A stretch of DNA of 64,000 bases from Octopus bimaculoides (Eukaryota), in assembly GCF_001194135.2 (NCBI RefSeq), contig NC_069000.1:28789818-28853817 (forward strand), given 5' to 3'. Each line of letters begins with the position of its first letter. Position 1 is the first letter of the stretch. Under the pieces are notes generated by a model. The model made no database searches. It worked only from the letters and a program-made list of their open reading frames with translations, and was not told the origin of the DNA. Shown piece by piece: positions 47,744 to 60,166 of this stretch. The position numbers and the translations under genes were made by a program.

Positions 47744-49194
47744 AATCATGCGGGTGTTAATCTGAAAAATTACCGAAATATGAAAACTACCGACCCTGCC
47801 ATCTGTTATAACTTTTGTTGTTCTGTTTAATATGTTCATAGATTATGCCTCCAAAGAAGAGAGCTTGCTGGGGAAAGAAAGCAACCGATTTAAAAAGACA
47901 GCAACAGACTGCAGCAATTTACCACATTCCAGAAGCTACTTTGAACATAATGCAAAATGGTGCATCAACATCTTTCTGCCCAATCTGATAGAATTCTGGC
48001 AAAACTGTGTAGCAACAGATCGCCAGCAATTGCTTCATCAGAAATTGCCATCCTAGCTCCTGCGAAAAGTGATTACCCTGCTATGTATAATCAGGGCAAC
48101 ACAAAAAGTTGTTTTGCACAAGCATTTGTATAACCAATTAGATGGATGAAATTTACATACACTTAATAATGTTATGCAAAACAGCCTTCAGACTTTCCCT
48201 ATTAATTTCATCGTCTTTTGAATTATGAACATATTTACATCATAAGGGTTTTTCGTTGTAAGGCTTTCTTTTTTAGTTGATTTTCACCTAGCAAGACTTA
48301 TCGTAGATGGCATAATAAGCTACACCTGGACAACGTTGGGTTATACTGCTAGTTTGACAATAAATCTGAATGCTAAAGAATTAATGATGAGGATTCAGTT
48401 GTTCAATCAACTGAATTAACTGAGCACAACACAGTAAAATCAGTAAGATAGAGTGTGTAATATGGTTACACTTTTGAATCACAGGTACAGTTCATTCAAC
48501 AGGTTTCTGCTCAGTTTCTGTATATCCAATTTCAAGGTATGGGTTAACTCAAGGCTGTTGAAAATGACATTGGTTCAAGATACCATGCAGTGAGATCAAA
48601 CCTGAAACCTCATGGTTGCAAAGCAAACTCCTTAACCATTTAGCAATACTGATCTTACACACACCACCACACACACTCACTAATACATACATACACTAAT
48701 ACACACACACATTTAAGTTAGTGATTCTGTTAGGGGTCCCCATTTCTTGGGAGGACCATATTTAGAAGGCAAATGAGAGGAAGAGAATGAAATATGCTGA
48801 ATATGCTGAGCTGGTGGAGTTATATCAAAGTAATAGATAATGAGATTTCATTAAAGTGGGACACAGTGGGTTTGCAGGACAGTCCCTCTCAAGGCCTTCA
48901 AAATCCGGCCAGTGGGTTGAAGGTCATCATGTTAGCTATGGAAACAGCAGAGGCTGCTTCAAGGTGGCTGTGGATCAGGAGGTGTGAGCCCTGGAAAAGA
49001 TAAGGCTACCTGATGTAGTACTAAATGGACACAAGCTAGAGTTTGATCAACCTTGAGTGAGGGTGTCTGATTTCTGAAAGACCCAAAACACTTGATGATC
49101 ACAGGGACATAACTGATGACATATCCAGAACTGTTAGAAGATAATGTTGTCATCATTGTCGTTGTTGTCGTCGTCATCAGCGCCGTCGTCGTCA

Positions 49195-49900
49195 TCATCA
49201 TCATCATCTCTTCATCATTTAACGTTTATATTCAATGCTGGCATGGTTTGGATGGTTTGGCAGGATCCAATGAGTCATAAAATTGTGTTGGGCTCCAATG
49301 TCTGCTTTGGTATCGTTACTACAGTTGGATACCTTTCCCAATGGTAACCACTTTACAGTGCATAGTGGGTGTTTTTTGCATGACACCAGTACTAGTGAAG
49401 TGAAGTAACTCACAGGACAAGCTCCTTTGAGAAAGTGGGAGTGCATAGATATTAATGATATGCTTTTAGGACCTCATTTATGCAAGGATGGAAGGCTCTT
49501 TTTGAGCACAATAAATTGCCAGTTATTTTAGTCATTTCCTTAAGACTGAACATCCCGAGGTCAGTTTTCACAACTTTATCCCATGTTTTCTTGCTTCTCC
49601 CTTTTCCATGAATTCCATACCCATTTAGCAATCAACACTTCTTCATGCAGCTGTTCTTATCCATATACATTATGTAATCAAACCACAATACATTTGATGC
49701 CTCTTATGCCCAATTTGTCTCAAGATATTTGCACTTTGTCATACATGCACATTGACATTGCCATTCAGCAGAACCTACTAGCTTTAATTCTTTCTAGTCC
49801 TTGCATGCCCTCAATATTTACAGCCCATATCTCACTGCCCTATAGCATTGCAGTTCATTTACAAGCATCATATAATCTGCCTTTCACTCTGAGAGAGAGG
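49195..49900 (-). mobile_element. RTE LINE 3' part (continues at 55291)
   Basis: (CAT)n tail, 3'UTR and RT C-terminus colinear with 36700-37110. Confidence 0.8.
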
Positions 49901-50374
49901 TGTAGCAAGGCACAAGAAGCCAGTGCCATTTTGAATGAGATCTCACCGGTAGCCATTACCATGTCCAAGACAAGAACGAGATCTTTCCTGCGAGATGACA
50001 ACGAGGCTCTCACGGGCAACCAGTATTTAAGCAGGAGAATAAGACATTCTCTCTCTTATTCCTTCTCACGGTTATGCTGAGAAACGCTGTGAAGCCAGTA
50101 GTCACAAGGAAACCTTGTTCCACTCTAACTCCACATGCTTAGCTCCAGAGGTAATGAACCTCACGTGTACAGAGCTATAACAAACCACGCACTGCCATAA
50201 AGATGGTCTCTGAGAGCAAACCACATGAACGACAACTCTGTAAATAAATGGCTATTGAACTGTACTCTGTTTGTGAACTTCTTCTTCACATTCCAGATCC
50301 TTGAAGGTACAAAAATAATTATAATGGGAAAAGGAGATACTCCACAGGTGTCACAAACCTTCCATTCTATTATA
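49901..50374 (+). repeat. 5' LTR
   Basis: TGTAG...ATTATA, direct repeat of 54803-55290. Confidence 0.9.
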
Positions 50375-51026
50375 AAATAGTGATCCTGACAGAAAAAGGA
50401 TTTTCGACAGCCGAAAGCTTTATCGTTGCAGATGCCTTACTCGATCGACAGAAGGGTAGTCTTCATTTGCATTCTCAACTAAAAATCAATGGCCTGACGT
50501 CAGAATATCTTCTCTCATTCAAGAATTTGTGTTCTTCACCTCGAACTTCTATGTTGCTGAGTATGCATTCTTCCTACAAGGAATTACACGGTATTCTTTC
50601 AAGTAATCTCCTTTTGAAGTAATTTCTCCCATAATGTCGACCGTCAACATTTGATACCAGTAAATACACCAAATGCAGTAACGGGAGGACACATCAAGCA
50701 AGCTGGCCATCAACTTCCAGTCATCATTCCTGTCTACTGCAATGTTTGTATTGCCTCACATGTTGAGACAAAAGAATTACCAGTTTGCCCGCCATTTTCT
50801 GACATCTCAAACAGAAAAAAAAAAAAACACAAACATTTTATTTCCAGCGGACTGCAACACAAGTTTGGCAAATATAAAAAGAAAAATTTTTTTTTTCATT
50901 GTTGCACACAGTACACAAAAAATTCAAAAATTTTGCTAAGAAAAAAATTTTTTTGCACACACATAGCTATTTCAACAACACTTTTGTTGGTTCTTTGATA
51001 CTTTTCTTTTCTCTCTTCTGAACAAA

Positions 51027-51700
51027 ATGAGTCTTCCCAACTTACCTGTGTACTCTGGTGATGTCATGCTTTGGTTTGCTCAATTGGATGCATATTTTTT
51101 TGCCCATCCAGTGCCTCACCAACAGCAGCTAAATCTTTTGTACTGTGGGATGCCTGCACCTCTTGCACACTCAGTGAAAGATCTCCTCACTGACCCACAT
51201 CCGGACGTGACTTATGCATCTGTCAATCTGTGGAAAGTAAATTCCAGACACTGATGCAGGATGAACACCTGGGAGATAGGACACCATCTGAGTTTCTTCA
51301 TCATTTGCCTGAACTCAGTGACACTCCACTTGAGGACAATCCTCTGCTTCGGAAATTGTTTATCTCTCGGTTACCGCTGAATATCCAATCGATACTGGCC
51401 ACAATGGCTGACTCCGATTTGCTCGATCAGATAGCCACCATGGCAGACAAGATCATAGAGTTTATTGTGCAGCCCACACCTCACCATACCTGTTCGGACC
51501 CCGTAATAGCTTCCTCTACTACTACAAAGTCTTCTCCCTCATCACATGATGACATTTTGGAGAGAGTCGATGCATTAGCACGTCACATGGACGCATTGTG
51601 GTGAGAATACGCCAGCTCTTGTCGTCCTCACAGCAGAAGCACTTCCAATTCATGGTCGTCTAGTTCTACTCAATGGTTTCCAAACTCTGCTGGTACCATG
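51027..51700 (+). pseudogene. gag remnant
   Basis: LWFAQLDAYFF, LGDRTPSEFL, LFISRLP..IQSIL, ATMADKI. Frameshifted. Confidence 0.85.
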
Positions 51701-51799
51701 CCACATTCAAGGACAAAGCCTGTTGATGCATCCAGCCCTGTTCGTTCAAGCTGTTGGGAAACTAAATATGGAAGATTTGGGCATGTCAAATTCTTCCTG

Positions 51800-54420
51800 C
51801 AATCTTTCATCTCATTGTGCATTCTTTTTTAAGGATCGTGTGTCTAACAAATCATTCATGGTTGACACTGGATCCAGCTGTTCTATTTGGCCTTTGCATC
51901 TTACTTCAGACAAGCTGAAGCAATCTGCCATTAACCTGCATGCGGTGAATCTATCCCCGATAAAAACTCACGGTCAGGTCTCATTACACTTAGATCTCAA
52001 CCTTCGAAGGGATTTTAGGTGGGTTTTTGTTATAGCAGATCTATCATACCCCATTCTGGGCGTGAACTTCTTAAACCACTTTCACTTATTAGTAGATGTC
52101 AGGCGACAGAGACTTGTGGACGATTCTATGTCTTTGTTTACGCCTTCTCGGGTTACTAATAATGCTGTTCTCAGCCCGTCATTTTTTGTCACCATTGCTG
52201 GTGACCAGTTCCACTCCCTTTTGGCTTCTTTCCCAGAGCTGGTGGATCCTACATTCAAATCAGTCAAAGTCACACACTCGACTTACCATTATATCACTAC
52301 TTCTGGACCACCCATCTTTTCGTGTCCACCGCAACTCACTCCTGATTGGCTCAAAAAGGCTCGATCTGAGTTTGAGCATATGCTTCAACTCAGCCTTATT
52401 TGCCCCTCCATCAGCCCTTGGGCATCTCCTCTACATTTGGCATAGAAAGGAGATTCAGACTTTCGCCCGGTGAGGGATTACAGACATTTGAATGTGGTCA
52501 ATGTTCCCAATTGCTATCCTATAAGGAATCTCAAAGATTTTTCTGCAAACTTGCATGGTTGTACTATTTTTCCCACGGTTGACCTCATCCGAGCTTATCA
52601 TCAAATTCCGATGAACCCTGACGACATTCCAAAAACTGCCATTACCACTCCTTTTGGAAGTTTTGAGTTCCTGTTTATGAGTTTTGGTTTGCAGAATGCA
52701 ATGAGCACATTCCAAAGGTTTATTGAGGAAACTGTCCATGGACTTAACTCTGTGTTCGCTTACGTAGATGATTTGCTCATAACTAACGACAGGCATGAAA
52801 ATCACCCCCAACACTTATCTCAACTTTTTCAGCGTCTTCGCACTTAAAATGTGTTTTCAGACAGACATCTCTGGAATTCCTGGGTCATTATATCGACTCT
52901 AATGGTATCTGACTTCTCTCCTCCAAAGTCGATGCAATTAAACACATCTCACCGCCCACTTCTTTATGCCAACTGCGTCACTTTTTGGGAATTGAACTTT
53001 TACATAAATGTGTAGACAAGTTACTTCCCTTGACTCAATTATTGAAAGCAAATACAAAAAGAGATGCTCCTATCAGTCAATCTGCCGAGGCATTATCTTT
53101 TGAGTCAATCAAGAAGGAAATAGCTTCTGTTCCTGATGCTCATCCCTCTTTAACAGTTGATGAATTGGATTCTGCAGCCAGTGCCATTTTACAACATACC
53201 GTTGATAATCAAACTTGACCCTGGCATGTTTCCTTTCATCTCCTGCTGCAATCAATTTAACTGCCATTGTTAAGGATCAGCCAGCTCTGGACACATTAGA
53301 TCTAACTTCCACAAAGTTGTCCTGTTGCAAGTTTTCCTATCTTCCACTTCCGTCTGCTAAAGGCACAATCCTTTGGGACATAGCTACTGGTTCTCCCAGA
53401 CCGTTTGTACCTGCGAACCACCAGCATTTCGTTTTTGATGCCTTGCATTCACTGTCAGATCCTGGCATCGCTGCCTCAGTGAAGCTTATTATGGCTCGAT
53501 TTTTCTGGCCTAATATGAATCGCATGATCACTGATTGAGCACGCTCTTGTGTGAAATGCCAGTGTTCTAAAATCCACAGGCAGATTCGTGCTCTTCTTGG
53601 ACAGTTTTCTCTGCCAGAGTCTTGCTTTCGCCATGTCCACATTAATCTGGTTGGATCATGGCCTGTCAGTCACGGTTTCTCTTATATATTGACATGCATT
53701 GATCGTTTCTCTCGTTGGCCTGAAGCCATTCCAATAGTGGACGTTTCCGCTGAGTCACTTGCTCGAGGTTTCATCTCTAACTGGATTGCTCGCTTTGGTG
53801 TCCCAGCTAAAATAACCACTGATCGTGGACGCCAGTTCGAAGCTTCCTTATTTCCTGAATTATCATGAATCCTAGGCGTTCATCACATTCGTACAACCAG
53901 CTACCATCCAACTTTCAATGGGATGGTCAAATGTCTCCACAGGCAACTGAAGTCCACTCTACGTGCCACTCCTGATCAGTAGCCTTGGACAGAATTCCTG
54001 CCTATCGTTCTTCTTGGTTGTCACACTGCTGTTAAAACAGACTTGGGTTTCTCCTCTGCTGAACTCCTTTACGGTACCATCCTGGCACTCCCTGGTACAA
54101 TGTTGGTGGCAGACAATTCATCATATCCTGATCCAACGTTGTATGTCACCAAACTTCACTCGTATTTCTCGAGTCTTCCACCCATGCATCCGTGTGACCA
54201 GTCTATTACCTCTCATGTCCCACCGGATATTGACAAAAGGACTCACGTTTTTGTTCGGGATGATTCTTCCTCCTTATAAAGGACCATTTCATGTGCTATC
54301 ACACACACCCAAAACTTTTAGTCTTGACATCAATGGTCAGGCAGAGACTGTGTCAATCAACAGACTTAAAAGGGCACATTTTGAGGTGTCCACACCCTTC
54401 AATGACACCTCAGCCATGCT
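51800..54420 (+). pseudogene. pol remnant (PR, RT, truncated RNase H, IN)
   Basis: [59 protein letters not shown]. Confidence 0.9.
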
Positions 54421-54802
54421 CACCTTTGATCCTTTACAACGCCATCACCTACACCTCCACCTTCGTCACGACAACCTAACACGAACAAACTCTATGTCAC
54501 GAGAACAGGCCGCACTGTGCATTGGCCCAAAAAATTCATCGGAATTATTTACATCTAACAACCCTTTTTCCTATGACAGACAATTGTTTTTTCATGGGCT
54601 GAACAATTCCAATGCTTTGCCATTGAACTTTGTCAAAAAAATTTTGTGCATGCCCCTTTTATATTGCTTGTAATTATTTTCTCTTGACTTATCACATTTT
54701 GTACCACATCTTGCTGTTTGCAATTGGTTACCATCTTTGCTCTTTTCTTGTGCCTGCTCCAGTCATTCTAATTTCGCACTAGCATTCTCAGCTGGAAGCC
54801 TC

Positions 54803-55290
54803 TGTAGTGAGGCACAAGAAACCAGTGCCATTTTGAATGAGATCTGGCCAGTAGCCATTACCATGTCCGAGACAAGAACGAGATCTTGCCTGCAACCATT
54901 TGCCATGTGCGAGACGACAACGAGGCTCTTGCTGACAACCAGTATTTAAGCAGAAGAATAAGACATTCTCTCTCATTCCTTCTCATGCTTACACTGAGAA
55001 ACGCTGCGAAGCCAGTAGTGACAGTGGACACTTGTCCCACTCTAACTCCACATACTTAGCTCCAGAGGTAATGAACCTCATTGTACGGAGTTATAACAAA
55101 CCACGCGCTGCCATAAAGATGGTCTCTGAGAGCGAACCACATGAATGACAACTCTGTAAATAAATGGCTATTGAACTGTACTTTATTTGTGAACTTCTTC
55201 TTCACGTTCCAGATCCTTGACGGTACAAAAATAATTATAATGGGAAAAGGAAATACTCCACAGGTGTCATAAACCTTCCATTCCATTATA
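54803..55290 (+). repeat. 3' LTR
   Basis: TGTAG...ATTATA. Carries a short indel relative to the 5' LTR. Confidence 0.9.
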
Positions 55291-57200
55291 GAGCCTTTTT
55301 TTTACCTACAGAAGCAAACACCTCTTTGAACTTTCTCCAGCCAGTTCATAGACTAGCATTTATACTTCCAGAACCTCCTCCTCCACTGCTAATTAGGTTA
55401 CCAGAGCATTTGAAGAAAACATCTATTTCTCATATGTTATAAGATGTTTACTGGCTCCTGCACATCTGCCACAAAGTCTACATTCTCAGTTAATCTTCCT
55501 ATGATTTCACATCTCTTGTGTGTCCAAAGTTTGCAATACGCATACTGTATAGAATTTCCACCTACACAGCATACTGTTTGTTTTCCTACTTACTAGGACT
55601 TTAATCTTTTCTAAGTTAACTTTAAATCTCTTCAATCCTGGTTTAACTTTCCCAACTCCAATTTCTTCTCTAATTCTCTAGATTTAACAATATGAACAAT
55701 GTCATCAGCACAGAGGAGTTCCCAAAGGCAAATAGTCTTAAATTCTGCTGTTATGGCGTGGAGGACAATAATGACTTGGTGAAAAATGAGAGCTGACCCC
55801 TGGTGATTGTCTACCTAAATTCTTCGCTGTACTCATTGCTAATTCTCACCTTACTGATAGTACTCTTGTACATGGCTCAAACAGATCTAACCTGCTATTC
55901 ATCTACTAGCTTCCACACTGACCATCAAATCAAAGAATGAGGGAGCCTGTTGAATGTTTTCTCCAGGCCAATGAAAGCTAAATACAGTAGTTTATTTTTG
56001 ACTGCAGCTGCTTTACCAGGAAGAAAGCATCAGAAGTACTTTTCTTTGTCACAAAATCAAACTACATTTCATAGAGGCTAATTATTGTCCCAATCATTTG
56101 AGCTATAAATCTTTCTGCAATTTTCATGACCTGGTCCAACAGTTTGATACTTCTTTGGTTACTCCTCTGTAAGACAGTTCCTTTACCCTTGTAACAGTGC
56201 TGCTACACCAGTTGTTGGTAATGGTACCCTCCCATACAACCTGATTAACTATATGGGTAGCTAGGCCACATCTCATTCCACCAGGTATTTTAAGCATCTT
56301 GGTGGTAATTCCTGATGTACCTGGGGCTTACCTGTCTTTATCATACTGCTATCAATCTTTATCATGCTGCTGTCATCTAGAATGGTTAACCTTCCCTGGA
56401 GTTCACACTTGGAAGGCTCTCTTTCTCCAATGCCTTCTTCACATTTAATAACCCTTCACAGTAGCACTTCCCTGTCACTTTCTTTATAGAATCATTCCAG
56501 GCAATTGCCCTTTGATCTATTCATGTACATTTATGTCCCACATCTTGATTTTCTGATACACCGTTGTATAATCTGGAACACCTCATACCTCTGATCTTCA
56601 TACATAGAACATTGGCAGACTGCTTCCTTTCTGCTTTTTCTCCTTGCTATTGCCTAACTTCTCTTCTATGATTTTATGCTGCTCCCATTCTTCCAATCCT
56701 ATCTCTTTGCTTTTATGGCCCTGCCAACTTTACTGTTAGACTACCTTGTCACCCTTGGTTTGGTTGGGACTTTGCACCAGCCACAGGTTTGTTCTGTAAC
56801 CTTCAGTAGGTTGTCCCATAAGAACTTCCAGTTGTCCTCTATGTTATACATCTCTATCTCTTCCTCCTCATCAAATGTTTCAATTTAGACTACTCTATAT
56901 CTTTGATTGTTTGATAAATCTTTTAAACTTCCATATCTTTCTTTACCAGACAGGCTTGCATCTGAGTCATTCTAACTCTAAGTCTGAAATCAGTAAACAC
57001 TAATTTATTTTGGGAAGTACATTCCTCACCAAGGAAGGATCTTGCATTTCTAGTGAGAATATAGTCAATTTGGCTTGTCCACTCATCAGATTGATAAGGG
57101 ATCAGGTGACTGGCTGGTTTTCTGAAGTTAAAATGGCAGATTATTAGATCATTTTCATCACAGGACTCTAAAGTGCATTGTTCCTTTCTCATTTCAAGAA
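55291..57200 (-). mobile_element. RTE LINE 5' part (RT and endonuclease)
   Basis: ELLCADD (~55705-55725), HQGSAL, AFIGLEKTFN, SQIDYILTRN. Confidence 0.85.
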
Positions 57201-57606
57201 CCAAGTCCATAGCACACCATGGAATTCACCAGGATGCTGCCTAATAAAGTCACCAGCTATGTGGAAGAGCTGGACTGGGTGGCTGCACAACTCCACACTA
57301 TGGCAAGACACAAGGAAAGGACAAGAGGTTGCTAATCTAAAGTGAGGGGTGAGTTTTGATTTAGAAGAAGTAAATAAGTAGGGGTCTTGGGATGTAGCAA
57401 CAAAGAGTCTAGATAAGGTTGCAAGTAAATGATGACACACAATGTTTCATGGCCTGAAATTTGGTTGAAAGACTTCCACCAGACAAAACTCCTTATTCAA
57501 GTCTTTTATAACATTCTACCAAGACCACCCAACTTGTTCTGTTGGGGAAAGGTGAAGTCACCAGTTTTGCCCCTGTGCCTAAGATGAGAGACCCAGTAGT
57601 GTGTGT

Positions 57607-57607
<1 letters not shown>

Positions 57608-57695
<88 letters not shown>
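57608..57695 (+). repeat. (CA)n microsatellite followed by (TA)n
   Basis: Seen directly. Confidence 0.95.
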
Positions 57696-57699
<4 letters not shown>

Positions 57700-57734
57700 C
57701 ATATATATATATATATATATATATGCCTCACAGA

Positions 57735-58057
57735 GGCAAAGTGGCTGAGTTCCTTTTGAGTGTTGGGCCTCACAGAGGTAATGACTAAGACCTTTGGCAA
57801 TATGTTGTGCCTGAGAAATAGGCCCATCAAGCCAAGCAAAACTGCAGACATGGTGGATACCAGTGTCATGCAAATGGTACCCGTGCCGGTGGCATGTAAA
57901 AGCACCCATTACACTCTTGGAGTGGTTGGCATTAGGAAGGGCATCCAGCCATTGAAAACCATGCTAAATCAGACTGGAGTCTGGTGCAGCCCTGGTCAAA
58001 CTGTCCACCCCATGCCAGCATGGACAACAGACATTAAATAATGATGATGATGATGAT
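57735..58057 (+). mobile_element. RTE 3' end with (GAT)n tail
   Basis: GTGGCATGTAAAAGCACCC...GGCATTAGGAAGGGCATCCAGC...CCATGCCAGCATGG...(GAT)n. Confidence 0.85.
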
Positions 58058-58096
58058 ATATGTATAAATATATATATATATATATAGATGTTTTTG

Positions 58097-58192
58097 ATCA
58101 AGTTTGGATTCTTTGACATCAAATTTGAATTCTTTGCCATCAAATTTGTATTCTTTGCAATCAAATTTGATGGCAAAGAATCCAAACTAGAT
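58097..58192. repeat. Foldback element: three 21-bp tandem units plus one inverted unit
   Basis: (N)ATTCTTTG(N)(N)ATCAAATTTG at 58107, 58128 and 58149, then ATGGCAAAGAATCCAAACT (inverted). Confidence 0.9.
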
Positions 58193-58214
58193 TGAAATCA
58201 TCTATATATGTATA

Positions 58215-58500
58215 TGGTGAAGGTATATTGCTAAGTGGTTAGGGGCATTGCACTCATGATCACTAGATTGTGGGTTTGGTTTCCAGACCACAAAGTGTGT
58301 TGTTTTCTTAAGCAAAACACTTCATTTCACTTTGTCCTAATCCACTCATCTGTAAATGGGTAACCCTGTTATAGAATAGCCTTCTGATCAGAGGAAATGT
58401 TGGCCTGCTCACCCATCCAGTGGGGTGGCATTATTTGAAAGCTAAAATGATGCAAAGTGCATTGTGACCAGTGATGTATAACAACATCCAACAGTCTGGA
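58215..58500 (+). mobile_element. Third SINE-like family with degenerate tRNA-like head
   Basis: TGCTAAGTGGTTAGGG (A-box-like), GGTTTGGTTTCC (degenerate B-box), CATCTGTAAATGGG-type core. Confidence 0.5.
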
Positions 58501-60166
58501 ACAAAGCTGCACAGAAAATTATGCCCAGTTGCATATGCAACTACCCATACTCTGTGCAGTGGAAACACGTGTGGGTCATCATAACAATTAAAATATGCTG
58601 TATGACATTGTAAAATAAAAGGATATAAATTTTAAGAATGTACCAGTTTCCATATTCTCTATCATTGTATATATATATATTCATACACATGCACATAAAT
58701 CCCAGCCCCTACTAAATGGGCTCAAATCAAGCACATCTATGATCAAAGACATTCTTGCTTTGAGCATCTCATCTGTTTTCATTGTCATGAATCTAATATG
58801 TTCTGATCAAGCAGACTTTTAATCAAAAGTATTCCAGCCATGACCAACCATCATGACTGTATATATAAAATTACATTGTCTGGTATATTCTATTTTAAGA
58901 AAGTAAAGTGTGATTTGGGCATGGTTTGGTTACTTTTGCCATAGAGACTCCATTGTTGGTTCTGTTTATTATTCTTTTTACCTTTTAAGATTGTAGGGTA
59001 GGGTTTGAGTTAAAGGTGGATTTGGCTGCTATTTCTAGCAGATCTATCAATCATATAAGGGCTTTCTTGTTGGCACAAAACTATTGGTTACAAACCACAA
59101 GCTATTGATGGCAATGGAGTTAATAAAGTAAACAATACTAGTAAGTTACTGAGGTCAGTTATATGAATGCTATTCATTCTCACTCCTTCACTTCTTTTTC
59201 CAAAATAGAACTCGTGTAAAAAAGAATCCATTATTATTTTTACATACAAAATAGTAGAAATATTAGAATTTATAATATAACAATATAATATGACAAGGTT
59301 GTTTATATGCACACATATACATACACACACATGTATACAAATACACATATATATAGGTACATATATAAAAGTAACTGTTTCTCTTAACAATTTTATTGTA
59401 CAAAACCATAAGAATACTTGATACATACATATGGTATGGTGTAAGAAAAAATAATTTGATTTGGATCTGTAGATGTGTGTGGTAACCAAGACTTAAAACA
59501 AACAGTGAGGTTAATTGTATTAAACCTTTAGGTGTGGGTATGAAATCTAAGTTGCCACACACGTACATAATAAGAATATAATTTATTACTATTATTGTTA
59601 TTATATTTCCATAAAAAAATTATATATATATATATATTGTATGTACATATTTTATTTAATTTTAATCTTTTGCATGCTGTATATTGTATTTTGTCACTCC
59701 TCTGGCTATTGTATACGTACAGCATGACATGTTTGTTTGCAACCTTTTTATATAAAATGTGTGCCTTGGGTATGTGCAGTGTTTTGTTTAGTTTTTGTAT
59801 TTTCTATTGTATTGAACCTATTCCATGTATTATGCATGCAGTACCTAGTAGTGCTATTTTCTGAATATTGTGTACATATGTAAAATGTATTATATTTTAT
59901 GTGTGGGGTCTCTGTAGCCACTAAATAAACCACTACACTTGGAAGGTAGTAGAACAGTAGCATTATACTTGAAAGGTAACCTTATAAATTAAATAACTCT
60001 CTGTATTTGATTCTCTCTCACAGTGTTCTGATTTCAAAATCCACCAAAATCAGCAAGCTTTATTTTTCATCCTTCTGGAGTTTATAAAATAAAAGAATCC
60101 AGTCAAGTATTGACTGGTATAATTGACTATCCCCTCAAAATTGCTGGCATTGTACCAAAATAATTA

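Larger units (their letters stand above)
49901..55290 (+). mobile_element. Ty3/Gypsy LTR retrotransposon (CsRN1-like), degraded, nested in an RTE
   Basis: LTRs at 49901-50374 and 54803-55290, TSD GAGG/GAGC (one mismatch), degenerate tRNA-Trp-type PBS TAGTGATCCTGAC at 50378-50390, gag-PR-RT-RH-IN order. Confidence 0.92.

Noticed and set aside
47845-47988. 47-aa ORF MPPKKRACWGKKATDLKR… resembling a Helitron N-terminus next to the TTAGGG array
   Set aside because: Too short, with no Rep/helicase motifs or CTRR/hairpin end found.
58107-58169. CRISPR-like 21-bp repeats
   Set aside because: The units are contiguous without spacers, the context is eukaryotic and there are no cas genes.
59050-60050. 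AT-rich TE-poor block as a host 3'UTR
   Set aside because: Composition is suggestive only. No upstream coding exon or unambiguous polyadenylation context.
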